Shown one piece after another: positions 39,444 to 49,907 of a stretch of 64,000 nucleotides of DNA. The notes below the pieces were generated by a model that was given only the letters and a program-made list of their open reading frames with translations, was not told where the DNA came from and searched no databases. The position numbers and the translations under genes were made by a program. Source of the stretch: Thermoplasmata archaeon (GTDB lineage Archaea > Thermoplasmatota > Thermoplasmata > Halarchaeoplasmatales > Halarchaeoplasmataceae); the NCBI GenBank assembly GCA_046540335.1, contig JBKHFH010000003.1:6954-70953 (forward strand), read 5' to 3'. Numbering within the stretch: the stretch's first letter is position 1; each line of letters opens with the position of its first letter.

Positions 39444-39683
39444 TCACCATCTGTCATATCCATCGGTCTGGCCATCATCTCGATCCCTTCCTGACTGGAA
39501 GCTAGATCCCGGTGGTTTTGATAAAGCGGATTTCACCATCAATAAAGTGAATATAGAAAGTAGAAAAAACACAACTATACTTTTTTCTGGACCTATCTGT
39601 AAAAAACCTGAAAGATAGAGTATCCATAACAGAGCCAAGATGAAACCAGCTGCGAGATACATCTTCAATATATTAGGATGCAT
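39444..39683 (-). CDS. Small membrane protein
   Basis: 79 aa, two TM helices, charged tail. Confidence 0.3.
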   Translation of the reverse strand: MHPNILKMYLAAGFILALLWILYLSGFLQIGPEKSIVVFFLLSIFTLLMVKSALSKPPGSSFQSGRDRDDGQTDGYDRW

Positions 39684-39805
39684 CCTACCAAGCGTAATAT
39701 CCTACTCGGGAAGTAATAAATTTTTCTTAAAGTTGGTGATCTTTTGAGAGATGCTAAATCTGTGAATCTCTATCCCTGATTTATCAAAAAGTTCGGAAGA
39801 TGATA

Positions 39806-42800
39806 TCAAAGTTCATATTTATCTTCTCTTTTATTTATTTTTTCTCTACCGAGCTCTCTCTCCAGTTCACTCAAACTCTTACCTTCATCACTTATCTCTT
39901 TAGGTCTCCAGAAGATTTTATCAAAGAGGACTATGATAGCTATAGCGACTATCGTCGTGATGATCCACCAATTCTCTCTCAATCTCTCTGAAAAACTGTC
40001 TTTCTCGATTTTAATTTCCATACTATCCACTGCATTGTTGCCTGCCTCGTCCCAAACTCTGACTTCTATGGTGTGCTCACCCTCTTCAAGTCCGTCAAAA
40101 AGATATTTTGTTTCTTTCCCAACTTCGATCCACTCTCCTCCATCGATCCTTACTTCATACTTTTCTACACCTGACCCATCATCGTAGCCCTCCCAGCGGA
40201 CCCTAATGTTGTCCTCACTCAAGGACTCACCGTTTTTAGGTTCCAATATCTGAATGACTGGCTCAGTCACATCTACTGTGAATGTGACATTATCTTTTAC
40301 TACCTTTCCAGTCTCATCCGCTGCTCTAACATAAACCTCGTACTCGCCCTCTCTAAGATCTGTCAGATTATATTTTTGGCCTGTACCAGCTCTGTTCCAT
40401 CTACCGCCACGTATGCTCACAAAATGTTCCTCAGTATTTTGAGATGTCCACTCCACCGTGACATCGCGGCTGTTAATAGACGCAGCCTCATCTGGCCCCT
40501 TTATTTCCAACTCGACTTTCCTGACACTGAAGCCTACACTGTCATACTTGATATAACCCTCTCCGTCAACAGCCCGAACACTCAGCTTGTAATCACCATC
40601 CTTTAGATCGCTAAAGGTGTACTCTGTTTTGGTACCTACATCTCTCCATTCAGTGGACTCATTATCTCTTCCTTCAAGTCTTATCTCGCTGTATTCCATA
40701 TTTCTTGCCTTCCATTCCACCCTCACCTTTGATCTCCTTTCTATACTCGATGGCCTAGGAGCCTTTATCTCTACAAATACATCGGTTTCAACTTTGAATT
40801 CGACCGAATGGGATGCTGTCTCTTCATCATCTTCTACTATCACCTCAACAGTGTGATATCCATCATCTAAATCTTCAAAAGTATATTCACTCATACCTCT
40901 AACATCTATCCAAGCCCCTCCGTCTAATCTGATTTTCGCATCAACATTCCTTTTCCCACCTTTTAAAGCCCATCTTACATCAACTTCAGATGAGAAAATC
41001 ATGTCTTTATCTCTAGGGTCAATGATGGATACACTGAGTCCATCTACAGGGTCGGTATCTATCAAAGGATACCTGTCTTTGCTGCTATCCCCCATGATCT
41101 CATATGAAATATTCCAGAAGCCGGATTTTGGAGCTTCACCTGCTTCAGGATACCGTATGGCGTAGTTGGACCAATAATTACCCTCCATTTTATGATCCCA
41201 GATATTCCCACCTGTGTCATAAGCTAAACTCTGCTCTTCTAAGCGGGGGTGATCGGCTCTAGTGATATCATTGTGATATATCTTATTTTCATCTGAATTG
41301 ACGACATATAATCCATAAATATCGTTGTTGTAGAATTCATTACCGAAAATAATATTCTGCTCAGAGTATGAAAGGTATGCTCCGTGTATCTGATTATGAG
41401 AGATATTGTTCTCCGATATCGTGTTCTTGTCTGAATCAACCATGTACAACCCTAGATAGTTGTGTTTTATCCTATTGCCCTTTAGGACGTTTCGGTCAGA
41501 ATATCTAAGGGTGATACTCAGACTCTGATCAAATAGAGTATTGTTGACTATCTCGTTACCTTCCGAAAATCCAAGGGTCACACCCAACTTTCCGGACTCT
41601 ATTTCTTTATCCTTTATTACTAAATTGGTAGAGTTCGCTATGAGGATTTGACCAGCGTCTTCTTCAATGATAGCACCGTCTTCATCTACATCCCCATCGA
41701 TATTTTTAAGATAATATATCCGTTTTCCATTCGACAAAGTGTTGTTGTCAGGAATAAAGTGTGTGTTCCAGTATTCGATAGACCGACCTCTCAAATTAAT
41801 ACCTCCCTCATTGAATCTGTTATTGTAGATACTATGGTTTTGGGAAGTGAAGAGTGTTAGACCATAGCCCCCATTATCTGAAAAATTACTAGTGCTGACT
41901 CTGTTACTCTTTGAAGAGAAAAACATCATCCCCGTGCCCCGATTATGCATCATGTTGTTATTTAAAAATAAATTTTTTTCGGAAGACCTAATATAGGCTC
42001 CATAGACATTGTTAAAAGAATGGAGATAAGAAATTTCATTTTCTTCTGAATCATCCATATATATACCGAAGAATCTGTTTTTATATAAGCTCATTCCGTT
42101 GACTTGGTTCATATTAGACTCTTCAAATTTTAGCCCCCTACTGTTGAAAGAAGCATTGTTTTCCTTTAACAGGTTTTCATCAGAGTTCTCCAGTAAAATC
42201 CCTTCGTCGCTGTTGATAACGCTGTTACCTGTTATATCATTGTTGTTAGAATCATCTAAAAAAATCCCATGACCATAGACAGGATGATAGGACTTTCCAA
42301 CACTGTTGTTTTCAATAGTATTTCCTTCTGATGAAGACAGATGGATACCAACATGATTATTCAAAGCTCTATTATCTTCAATTGTATTTCCGCTGGAATT
42401 TTCTAATAAGATCCCACAAGAATTTAGCTCTATCTTATTATCTATGATCAATCCGTTTTTTGTATCAGCCAGATAGATACCACTAGTCCCTGATCGTGCA
42501 TCTCGGCTGCGGTTGGCATTATAGAGTCTATTATCCCTTATTATAAAATGTGAGTCTACATCCTCGATAAAAATGGGAGAAGATTTTTCACCACCGTCTA
42601 TAGCATAACCTTCAATGAGGAACGGGTCTTCTTCGGTACCACTCCCTAACCATCCGTTTTGTTCAACCTTTGTTTCAAATTCCTCATCATCCTTTATATG
42701 TATAGGATTTATCTCTGAATACTCGGAAACATCCTCATTATCTTCGGAGAGTCTAATAGATTGAGAATCAACCCGCCTAGAGGATTGAGTGTCTGTGGTT

Positions 42801-45154
42801 TTCAATTCTGAGCTTTTACTGTTGAAGACGGTGAGAGCATAGTCCTGATCTAAAGAGCCATCGTCGGTTCCATCTTCAGGTATGTTGAACCCCTCGACCT
42901 CAACGCTATATTTACCATCTTCTGTTTCTCCGGGTCGGATATAGACGTTCTCCACATTGTTTGCATCGTCCCATCCATCCCCGTTCCTATCGAAATCTTC
43001 TATCGCATTAGAACCGGATGGAGTCCAACTCTGGGAAAATGCATTACCTCTATACGTTTTTCCACTAGGAGAAGTAACTTTCAGGTTGAGATCATTTTTC
43101 AAGGCCACATGGTCTTCGGATTCAGCGTTTTTATCAGTCCAAGCAAGAGTTATCTTCAAAGGTTCTCCCCTATCATCACACTCAAATTCATACTTCTGGC
43201 TCTCTCCACTTTCAACCGTCCTTGATTGATCTTCAACGGAAAATGGTATAGGACTGTCTTTCGGATATTCGAGTTTAGATATATCAACCATGCCCCAGCC
43301 TTCGTCTTTATTTGGAATAGGTTGGCTTCTATATCCATCACCTTTCAGATCCTCAGCAGTATTTATCAGAAGGGCTTTCACCATCGCCGGACTCGGCCTC
43401 TCATTGAATTTTTCCTCATACCACTCCACTACGATCGAAGCGGCTCCGGCAACAGCGGGATTTGACATAGATGTTCCTGATTTCCAATCGTATGTCGGTC
43501 CATCAAAAATACTAGATGATCCTAAAGAAAGAACATTTTTCCCTGGAGCGACAACATCTGGCTTTACTCTGTTATCTTCCGTCCACCCGCGTGAACTGAA
43601 CCCAGCGATACTGGAAAGTTGATGGGAATTTCCACCTCCATAATCATTACCATCCGGCATATAGGTTTCTGTCGCGCCAACAGTGATGACATTCTTCGCA
43701 TTGCCTGGACTTCCAGTGGTTTGTTCTATCGGCCCCGAATTCCCGGCAGAGACCGTTATAACCATGGGCTCTGACCGATCTGTCTCTCTGTTAGCATCCC
43801 TCACAGCCTGATCGAAGACACTTTCTAGATCAGTGTACTTTCCACCTGTACTAGCTCCCCAAGAATTGGAATGGATATACGCATCGGACTCCTGCTTCGG
43901 TTTTTCAAAGATAGGATAAAAGTTATCATCTTGTAGTAGAAAAGTACCTGCATCGCTGAACATCTTTACCGAATAAAGTTCTGAATTATAGGCAAGACCC
44001 TGTCCCATCAGGTAATCTCCAAAACCAGGGTACTCTCCATCTTCTCCACTACCGTGATATGTATCACCTGCGGCAGAACCTGTCACGTGAGTACCATGCC
44101 CGTGGCCGTCTGCCCAATCTTCTTGATCCAGCTCTCCGAAAGCATATCCTCCCTTCACTCTCTCAGTTAAATCCGGATGGCCTGAATCACCTATGGTTCC
44201 GTCTCCAATACCCGTATCTGCTATGGCTATGGTGACTCCGTCCCCACTGTATCCCATCTGATTTATATATGCTCCAAAATCCCCGTATTTCCTGTAGGGT
44301 ACGTCAGGGTCCCCATAATCGTCCTCGATTAAATCTATCCCACCGCCGATCACCTGGCTTTCCACTTCGGAATGTAATTCAGGTTCGATCCTGTTTGAGA
44401 GACTATATAAATCATCAAGGTGAGCCCAGCGCTTTAACTCTTTGGTAGAACTAACATTCAATGTTAATTCTTTCCAACCGTTCTCTAGTTCTCTAGAGTT
44501 CAACACTGGTGTTTTAAGTGTATTTTCTCTGATCTGTCTTTCAGGATCGCTGACGAACTTAGCGTTCACAGTACCAGTATCTATATCCTCAGGTATCTTA
44601 TAAGCGGGATGATAAAGACCTATCCAATCAACGAAAGATTTATCCTTTACTCTCTCTGCCTGCTCAGGAGTCATCCTCACTTCATAGGCATAGTTTGGAA
44701 CATAGTTCAAAAACTCCACCCCCTGATCTTCAATTTCTCTTCTCCATTCAGGATCGATGGGACCCAGCATATGGATTAGATAGAGACCTTCCTGTCCGGA
44801 CTCGTACCCATCTATTTCCATATCAGGTGATATATCCGGTCCTTCTTCGATATCAAAGTTATATCCTCTGATGAATATCTCCTTCCTAGAGGGTAAATTA
44901 TTGATCTCAAAACCTCTCTCAATAAGACTCCGCTTTTCTTTTTCATCACCTCTAAGTAGAGCTTTTTGTTCGTAAGTTGCTATAACTTCCAAATCGCTCA
45001 ACCGATCTATACTCTCCCCATCATCAAAACTTACAAGAAATATGTCGTCCTTTTCAGAAGGAAAATGAGGGACCTCTATCACTACAAAAAAACCAGAAAT
45101 CATGACCAACAAAACGCATACATATGCTTTGATTCTATCTTTTTGTTTATCCAT
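39806..45154 (-). CDS. Giant membrane-anchored cell-surface protein: signal anchor, subtilisin-like S8 peptidase, parallel beta-helix repeats, four Ig/Fn3-like domains, C-terminal TM
   Basis: 1782 aa. S8 catalytic triad context ADTGI (Asp), HGTHVTGS (His), GTSMSNPAVAG (Ser) at about aa 310-570. More than 20 PbH1-type repeats (N.I..N....GI.L..S..N.I) at about aa 840-1360. Four ~90-aa repeats ending ...EYTF.DL.DG.Y...V.A.D. C-terminal hydrophobic helix WWIITTIVAIAIIVLF plus charged tail. Confidence 0.85.
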   Translation of the reverse strand: MDKQKDRIKAYVCVLLVMISGFFVVIEVPHFPSEKDDIFLVSFDDGESIDRLSDLEVIATYEQKALLRGDEKEKRSLIERGFEINNLPSRKEIFIRGYNFDIEEGPDISPDMEIDGYESGQEGLYLIHMLGPIDPEWRREIEDQGVEFLNYVPNYAYEVRMTPEQAERVKDKSFVDWIGLYHPAYKIPEDIDTGTVNAKFVSDPERQIRENTLKTPVLNSRELENGWKELTLNVSSTKELKRWAHLDDLYSLSNRIEPELHSEVESQVIGGGIDLIEDDYGDPDVPYRKYGDFGAYINQMGYSGDGVTIAIADTGIGDGTIGDSGHPDLTERVKGGYAFGELDQEDWADGHGHGTHVTGSAAGDTYHGSGEDGEYPGFGDYLMGQGLAYNSELYSVKMFSDAGTFLLQDDNFYPIFEKPKQESDAYIHSNSWGASTGGKYTDLESVFDQAVRDANRETDRSEPMVITVSAGNSGPIEQTTGSPGNAKNVITVGATETYMPDGNDYGGGNSHQLSSIAGFSSRGWTEDNRVKPDVVAPGKNVLSLGSSSIFDGPTYDWKSGTSMSNPAVAGAASIVVEWYEEKFNERPSPAMVKALLINTAEDLKGDGYRSQPIPNKDEGWGMVDISKLEYPKDSPIPFSVEDQSRTVESGESQKYEFECDDRGEPLKITLAWTDKNAESEDHVALKNDLNLKVTSPSGKTYRGNAFSQSWTPSGSNAIEDFDRNGDGWDDANNVENVYIRPGETEDGKYSVEVEGFNIPEDGTDDGSLDQDYALTVFNSKSSELKTTDTQSSRRVDSQSIRLSEDNEDVSEYSEINPIHIKDDEEFETKVEQNGWLGSGTEEDPFLIEGYAIDGGEKSSPIFIEDVDSHFIIRDNRLYNANRSRDARSGTSGIYLADTKNGLIIDNKIELNSCGILLENSSGNTIEDNRALNNHVGIHLSSSEGNTIENNSVGKSYHPVYGHGIFLDDSNNNDITGNSVINSDEGILLENSDENLLKENNASFNSRGLKFEESNMNQVNGMSLYKNRFFGIYMDDSEENEISYLHSFNNVYGAYIRSSEKNLFLNNNMMHNRGTGMMFFSSKSNRVSTSNFSDNGGYGLTLFTSQNHSIYNNRFNEGGINLRGRSIEYWNTHFIPDNNTLSNGKRIYYLKNIDGDVDEDGAIIEEDAGQILIANSTNLVIKDKEIESGKLGVTLGFSEGNEIVNNTLFDQSLSITLRYSDRNVLKGNRIKHNYLGLYMVDSDKNTISENNISHNQIHGAYLSYSEQNIIFGNEFYNNDIYGLYVVNSDENKIYHNDITRADHPRLEEQSLAYDTGGNIWDHKMEGNYWSNYAIRYPEAGEAPKSGFWNISYEIMGDSSKDRYPLIDTDPVDGLSVSIIDPRDKDMIFSSEVDVRWALKGGKRNVDAKIRLDGGAWIDVRGMSEYTFEDLDDGYHTVEVIVEDDEETASHSVEFKVETDVFVEIKAPRPSSIERRSKVRVEWKARNMEYSEIRLEGRDNESTEWRDVGTKTEYTFSDLKDGDYKLSVRAVDGEGYIKYDSVGFSVRKVELEIKGPDEAASINSRDVTVEWTSQNTEEHFVSIRGGRWNRAGTGQKYNLTDLREGEYEVYVRAADETGKVVKDNVTFTVDVTEPVIQILEPKNGESLSEDNIRVRWEGYDDGSGVEKYEVRIDGGEWIEVGKETKYLFDGLEEGEHTIEVRVWDEAGNNAVDSMEIKIEKDSFSERLRENWWIITTIVAIAIIVLFDKIFWRPKEISDEGKSLSELERELGREKINKREDKYEL

Positions 45155-45299
45155 ACTTCACTACCTGCGGACTGTCTTATAATGTAGTTGATTGAACTAT
45201 AGATATATTAAACCTTGGAAAACCGTACTCTATCCAAGGGAGAAAATAGAGGGGGCAAGATATAAATAATTAAAAATTAATATCTCCGCCGGGTTAGAT

Positions 45300-45749
45300 A
45301 TGAACAGAAAAACTGGATATGTTATTCTGGCCGTTGGGCTCGCTCTTTTGCTGTTCACCTTCTATTTGGCGATACAAGCTTTTCTAGGTGCAGAATATAT
45401 TCAAAATTTTGAGGACCTAGTAGTAACCAATCGAGAAGGTGTGGCAGCACTTGTAGATGTGCTGATATATGTGATCCCTATCCTCTTATTGGTTGTGATG
45501 GCTTCTATCGGAGGCAAAGTTATGCACTACGGGATCAAACTGATAAGAACTCCAGATCCTAAGACACTGGACGAAAAAAGGGAAGAAGAGAAAACAGCTC
45601 CTCCTAAAAGAGTTAAAAGGACCACATCCCCAAAAAATAAAACACCACCACCTCCACCCAAAACCGATCAAACGAAAGGTGGAGAAAAAGAGACACCGGA
45701 ACCTCCCGAACCTCCGGAACCTCAAAGTCCTTCAGAAACGGAGCAATAA
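45300..45749 (+). CDS. Membrane protein with proline-rich low-complexity C-terminal tail
   Basis: Two TM helices followed by ...KNKTPPPPPKTDQ...PEPPEPPEPQSP tail. Confidence 0.45.
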   Translation: MNRKTGYVILAVGLALLLFTFYLAIQAFLGAEYIQNFEDLVVTNREGVAALVDVLIYVIPILLLVVMASIGGKVMHYGIKLIRTPDPKTLDEKREEEKTAPPKRVKRTTSPKNKTPPPPPKTDQTKGGEKETPEPPEPPEPQSPSETEQ

Positions 45750-45927
45750 GATTACTCACTGAACCCAGAAAATCTTTCCTCTATTTTTCTTCAAACTAAA
45801 CTTTTTTTTTGGTTTACGATATTTTCAGGAACATAACATAACACATGTGATCTCTCCTAAAATAATCACTGTAAAATCCACTTGTAACTGATGACAAAAC
45901 TCAAATGCCACCTATCCTACATCTCTA

Positions 45928-48540
45928 ATGATGTCAGTTAAACCCGTAGATGCTTCTGAATCTTCCGATGATCTACCGAATGATTTCGAACCCTATGTGA
46001 AAGAATGGTTCAGTGATCAATTCGATTTATTGACTCCTCCGCAGAAATATTCTTTTGATCTGATCCATGAAAACAAAAATTCACTGATCTCTTCGCCAAC
46101 AGGTTCAGGTAAGACTCTCTCGGCCTTTTTATCCATACTGAATGAGCTCTTTTTGAAAGGAGACGAAGGGGAATTGGAAAATAAGGTATACTGCCTCTAC
46201 GTTTCTCCACTCAGAGCGCTAGGTAACGACATACAGAGAAACTTGAAGGAGCCTCTAGAAGGTATAAAGAAAAAAGCAGAAGAGATGGATATTGACATGC
46301 CCGGAGTCAGAAGCGCCGTCAGGACGGGCGACACCTCCTCCCAGAAAAGACAGAAAATGCTGAAGGAGACACCGCACATCTTGGTAACCACCCCTGAAAC
46401 TTTAGGTATAATTTTGAACGCCCCGAAATTCAAGAAAAAACTTCAGGACACTAATTACGTTATAGTGGATGAAATTCATTCACTATGTGATAACAAAAGA
46501 GGAGCTCATCTCTCATTATCACTGGAAAGACTTCAGGCCATGTGTGACCATGAGATAACTAGAATAGGCCTTTCGGCTACACAGGCCCCCATAGATGAGA
46601 TAGGAAGATTTCTCGTTGGATATGAGAACGGAAAACCTCGACCATGCAATATAGTCCAGGTCTCCTCTTCCAAAGATATGGATCTCAGAGTTTTATCTCC
46701 TGTGGACGATCTGATTCATACTCCAGGCGACATCGTGAACGACAAGATGTATGATAGGATCGACAGCCTCGTCAAAGACCATGTAACTACCTTGATATTT
46801 ACCAACACGAGAAGCGCTACTGAAAGAGTTGTCAACAATCTAAAAAATAAAGATCCGGATTTCTATCGAGGTGACATAGGAGCCCATCATTCCTCTATGA
46901 GCCGAGATAAAAGGCTGGATGTTGAAGAATCACTGAAGGCGGGTGAATTGAGCGTAGTGGTAACTTCCACATCTCTAGAGCTCGGTATAGATATCGGTTA
47001 TATCGACCTAGTACTGCAGCTTTCTTCTCCAAAAGGCGTTTCGCGAGCCATCCAGAGGATCGGTCGGTCGGGTCACAACGTAGATGAATACGCAAAGGGG
47101 AGGGTCCTAGTGATGGAAAGAGGTGACGCACTGGAGTGCACTGAGATGATGAGATGCGCAAAGAACGGAGAACTCGACAGGGTGCGTATACCAAAAAATT
47201 GCTTAGATGTACTATCACAGCACATTGTAGGTATGGGCTGCAATAAGAAGTGGAAAGTGGAGGAAGCCTTCGAAACTATCAAGAAAAGCTTCAACTTTAG
47301 AGATCTGAAGAGAGAAGATTACGAAAAGACATTGAAGTATGTGGCTGGAGATTATGTTTCATTAGAAAATCAACAGGTCTACGGGAAAATATGGATCGAT
47401 ACCGACGAGGAAGGGGACAAAGTCTTTGGACAGAGGGGTAAGATGACCAGAGTCATCTATATGACCAATATAGGTACGATCCCAGACGAAAGCGCCTACA
47501 GAGTCCATACTAGGGAAGGGCGATTCGTCGGTACACTCGATGAAGAATTCCTGGACAGACTGACTAAAGGTGATATATTCGTCCACGGTGGAGATACCTA
47601 CGAATTCCGCTACACTAGGGGGATGAAAGTTTATGTTGATGCTAGACCAGAAAAAGCCCCAACCGTACCGTCGTGGTTCTCCGAAATGCTCCCCCTCACA
47701 TACGATCTCGGAAAGAAAATAAGTAGGTTCAATCAAAAAGTAAAAGATATGATAGAGAGTGGTGAAGACCCTTCAGAGTGGATCAGAGATAATTATTATG
47801 TTGACGAAAATACCGTATCCTCGATAGTCTCATATTTGGATGAACAATATCGGTATGTAGATGCTGTACCGACCGATTCTCACTTATTGATCGAGAAAAA
47901 TATCGAAGGGAGTAAGATAAACCTGATCTTCCATACCATATTCGGCAGGGAAGTGAACGATGCTTTGTGTCGCATATTCGCGGACATCGCATCTGAGATT
48001 TTGGGTTCGAACGTTGGTATAGTGGTGGATGATCACGGGTTCGTTTTGATATGTCCCAACGAGCAGATACCAGTTGATAGGTTGATTCAGAGAGCTGTAG
48101 AGAGTGATATCAGGTCTGTATTGAAAAGCGCGGTAAGAAAAACTGAACTCATGAAAAGAAGGTTCAGACATGTCGCAGCTAGAGCTCTCATGATACTTAG
48201 GAATTACAAAGGTAAAAAGATGAGTGTCGGTAAGCAGCAGATGAAATCTCATTTCCTGCTCTCCGCCTGTGAGGATATAGATAAGGAATTTCCCATAGTG
48301 AAGGAGACCTACCGCGAGATAATTGAAGACTATATGGACATCGAGAACGCTTCCGATATAATCGAAGATCTTGACAGTGGAGATATGAGCTATGAAGTGG
48401 TGGAGACCGACGTACCTTCGCCTTTCGCTCACAATCTGGTGATCCAGAGTCAGGGCGATGTTCTAAAACTCGAGGATAAAAAAGAAAGACTTCAGAGCCT
48501 CCATCAGAAGGTGATGGATAAAGTCGAAGGTGAGAGCTGA
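45928..48540 (+). CDS. lhr: Lhr-like large ATP-dependent helicase (superfamily 2, Lhr-Core)
   Basis: Motif I PTGSGKTLSAF, motif II DEIH, motif VI QRIGRSGH, followed by the winged-helix and Lhr-specific C-terminal domains (870 aa). Confidence 0.85.
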   Translation: MMSVKPVDASESSDDLPNDFEPYVKEWFSDQFDLLTPPQKYSFDLIHENKNSLISSPTGSGKTLSAFLSILNELFLKGDEGELENKVYCLYVSPLRALGNDIQRNLKEPLEGIKKKAEEMDIDMPGVRSAVRTGDTSSQKRQKMLKETPHILVTTPETLGIILNAPKFKKKLQDTNYVIVDEIHSLCDNKRGAHLSLSLERLQAMCDHEITRIGLSATQAPIDEIGRFLVGYENGKPRPCNIVQVSSSKDMDLRVLSPVDDLIHTPGDIVNDKMYDRIDSLVKDHVTTLIFTNTRSATERVVNNLKNKDPDFYRGDIGAHHSSMSRDKRLDVEESLKAGELSVVVTSTSLELGIDIGYIDLVLQLSSPKGVSRAIQRIGRSGHNVDEYAKGRVLVMERGDALECTEMMRCAKNGELDRVRIPKNCLDVLSQHIVGMGCNKKWKVEEAFETIKKSFNFRDLKREDYEKTLKYVAGDYVSLENQQVYGKIWIDTDEEGDKVFGQRGKMTRVIYMTNIGTIPDESAYRVHTREGRFVGTLDEEFLDRLTKGDIFVHGGDTYEFRYTRGMKVYVDARPEKAPTVPSWFSEMLPLTYDLGKKISRFNQKVKDMIESGEDPSEWIRDNYYVDENTVSSIVSYLDEQYRYVDAVPTDSHLLIEKNIEGSKINLIFHTIFGREVNDALCRIFADIASEILGSNVGIVVDDHGFVLICPNEQIPVDRLIQRAVESDIRSVLKSAVRKTELMKRRFRHVAARALMILRNYKGKKMSVGKQQMKSHFLLSACEDIDKEFPIVKETYREIIEDYMDIENASDIIEDLDSGDMSYEVVETDVPSPFAHNLVIQSQGDVLKLEDKKERLQSLHQKVMDKVEGES

Positions 48541-49296
48541 ATGAAGATCTTCGAGAAATTCGAGATCGTCGATAATTATCCCGCTCTTTATTTAAAAGAG
48601 ATCAACGCGCTTATCATATCAGATCTTCACCTCGGCTTAGAAGCTCTGATGGCAGAATCTGGGCTCTATATGCCAAAATTTCAGCTCGAAGAGATGAAAA
48701 ACGATCTCGAAGAATTGAGCGAGAAAAGGGATTTTGAAAAACTGATGGTCTGCGGGGATATCAAGCACGAATTTTCTGAAACATCCTACCAGGAAAAGGT
48801 TGAAGTCGAAGAATTCCTCGAATTCTCCCAAAAATTGGCTAAAGATATATATCTAGTGAAGGGAAACCATGACAATTATCTGATATATCCCGTTAAGAAG
48901 TACGAAAATGTGGAGCTGGAAGAGTCATTTGTTTTTGATGGAGTGAATTTCATCCATGGTGACAAAAAAGTAGAAAGCATAAACGGTCCAGATGTAGAAT
49001 ATATTGTCATGGGCCATGAACATGCGGCTTTAAGTTTGACCGACGAGGTGGGGGCTAGGGAGAAAATACGGTGTTTCCTTTACGGCGAGATGAGAAACGG
49101 TAAAAAACTGATCGTCATGCCCGCCTTTTCTAGACTAGCCGAGGGTTCCCAGCTGAACCAGGTGAGAAAAAAAGACCTACTCTCCCCGGTGCTAAAGGAC
49201 ATGATCACCGTGGGAGAGATGAAAGCGATCGGTATAGACAAAGAAGCGGGGCTTTTCAAGTTCCCTGAGATCAAAAAGATCAGGTCCCTAGAATGA
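48541..49296 (+). CDS. Lhr-associated metallophosphoesterase (MPE)
   Basis: Calcineurin-like motifs ISDLHLG, GDIKHE, GNHDNY, GHEH; starts immediately after the lhr stop (TGA-ATG), matching the known Lhr-MPE operon arrangement. Confidence 0.75.
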   Translation: MKIFEKFEIVDNYPALYLKEINALIISDLHLGLEALMAESGLYMPKFQLEEMKNDLEELSEKRDFEKLMVCGDIKHEFSETSYQEKVEVEEFLEFSQKLAKDIYLVKGNHDNYLIYPVKKYENVELEESFVFDGVNFIHGDKKVESINGPDVEYIVMGHEHAALSLTDEVGAREKIRCFLYGEMRNGKKLIVMPAFSRLAEGSQLNQVRKKDLLSPVLKDMITVGEMKAIGIDKEAGLFKFPEIKKIRSLE

Positions 49297-49305
49297 TCGA
49301 GTGAT

Positions 49306-49860
49306 CTATCTCTTTATCCTAGATATGTTTTGAGATATGCAGAACTCTTCTCCCTTCACGTGTCCTAGTGATCCAAGCTCTTCTAGATTCAGTCTCCCGT
49401 TCCGTATTCCTTCCTTATCGGCATCGATATGTACAACTTCTCCGACCAACAGTACGTGATCTTCGACCTCGAACTCGTCATGAAACTCGCATTCTATATT
49501 GATAGCTGCTTCTTTCACTCCAGGTGATCTGACTTCTTTGGACTCCTTTTCGGTCAGACCTACCTCTTCGAATTCACTCTCCTCTCTAGGTATAGAAACC
49601 TCGGTCCTTACACCCTTTTCCGCCCAATGTTCCGTCACCGGGATCACGACAAATTCACCGGTATCTCTACAATTAGCTGTTGTATCTCTACTTTCTGCCG
49701 CGGCCACACCTATCATCGGTGGATTGAAAGAAAGCGGCGAAACAAAACTGTACGGAGCGATATTAGAATTGCCTTCAGAATCGATGGTAGAAACGCAAAC
49801 GGTCGGTCGGGGAGCTATAAACCCAAAATAATCCTTCGGTTTGATCTTATCTGACATCAT
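49306..49860 (-). CDS. Flavin reductase-like FMN-binding split-barrel protein
   Basis: ...RPTVCVSTIDSEGNSNIAPYSF matches the flavin reductase-like domain consensus. Confidence 0.7.
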   Translation of the reverse strand: MMSDKIKPKDYFGFIAPRPTVCVSTIDSEGNSNIAPYSFVSPLSFNPPMIGVAAAESRDTTANCRDTGEFVVIPVTEHWAEKGVRTEVSIPREESEFEEVGLTEKESKEVRSPGVKEAAINIECEFHDEFEVEDHVLLVGEVVHIDADKEGIRNGRLNLEELGSLGHVKGEEFCISQNISRIKR

Positions 49861-49907
49861 TATCCCGGTGTAAATACAAAAAGATGATACTTATCTTTTT
49901 CCGCTTA

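Noticed and set aside
40376-43622. Multiple 60-110 aa + strand ORFs inside the giant protein gene
   Set aside because: Fully embedded antisense in a 5.3-kb gene with clear domain structure; no independent signals.
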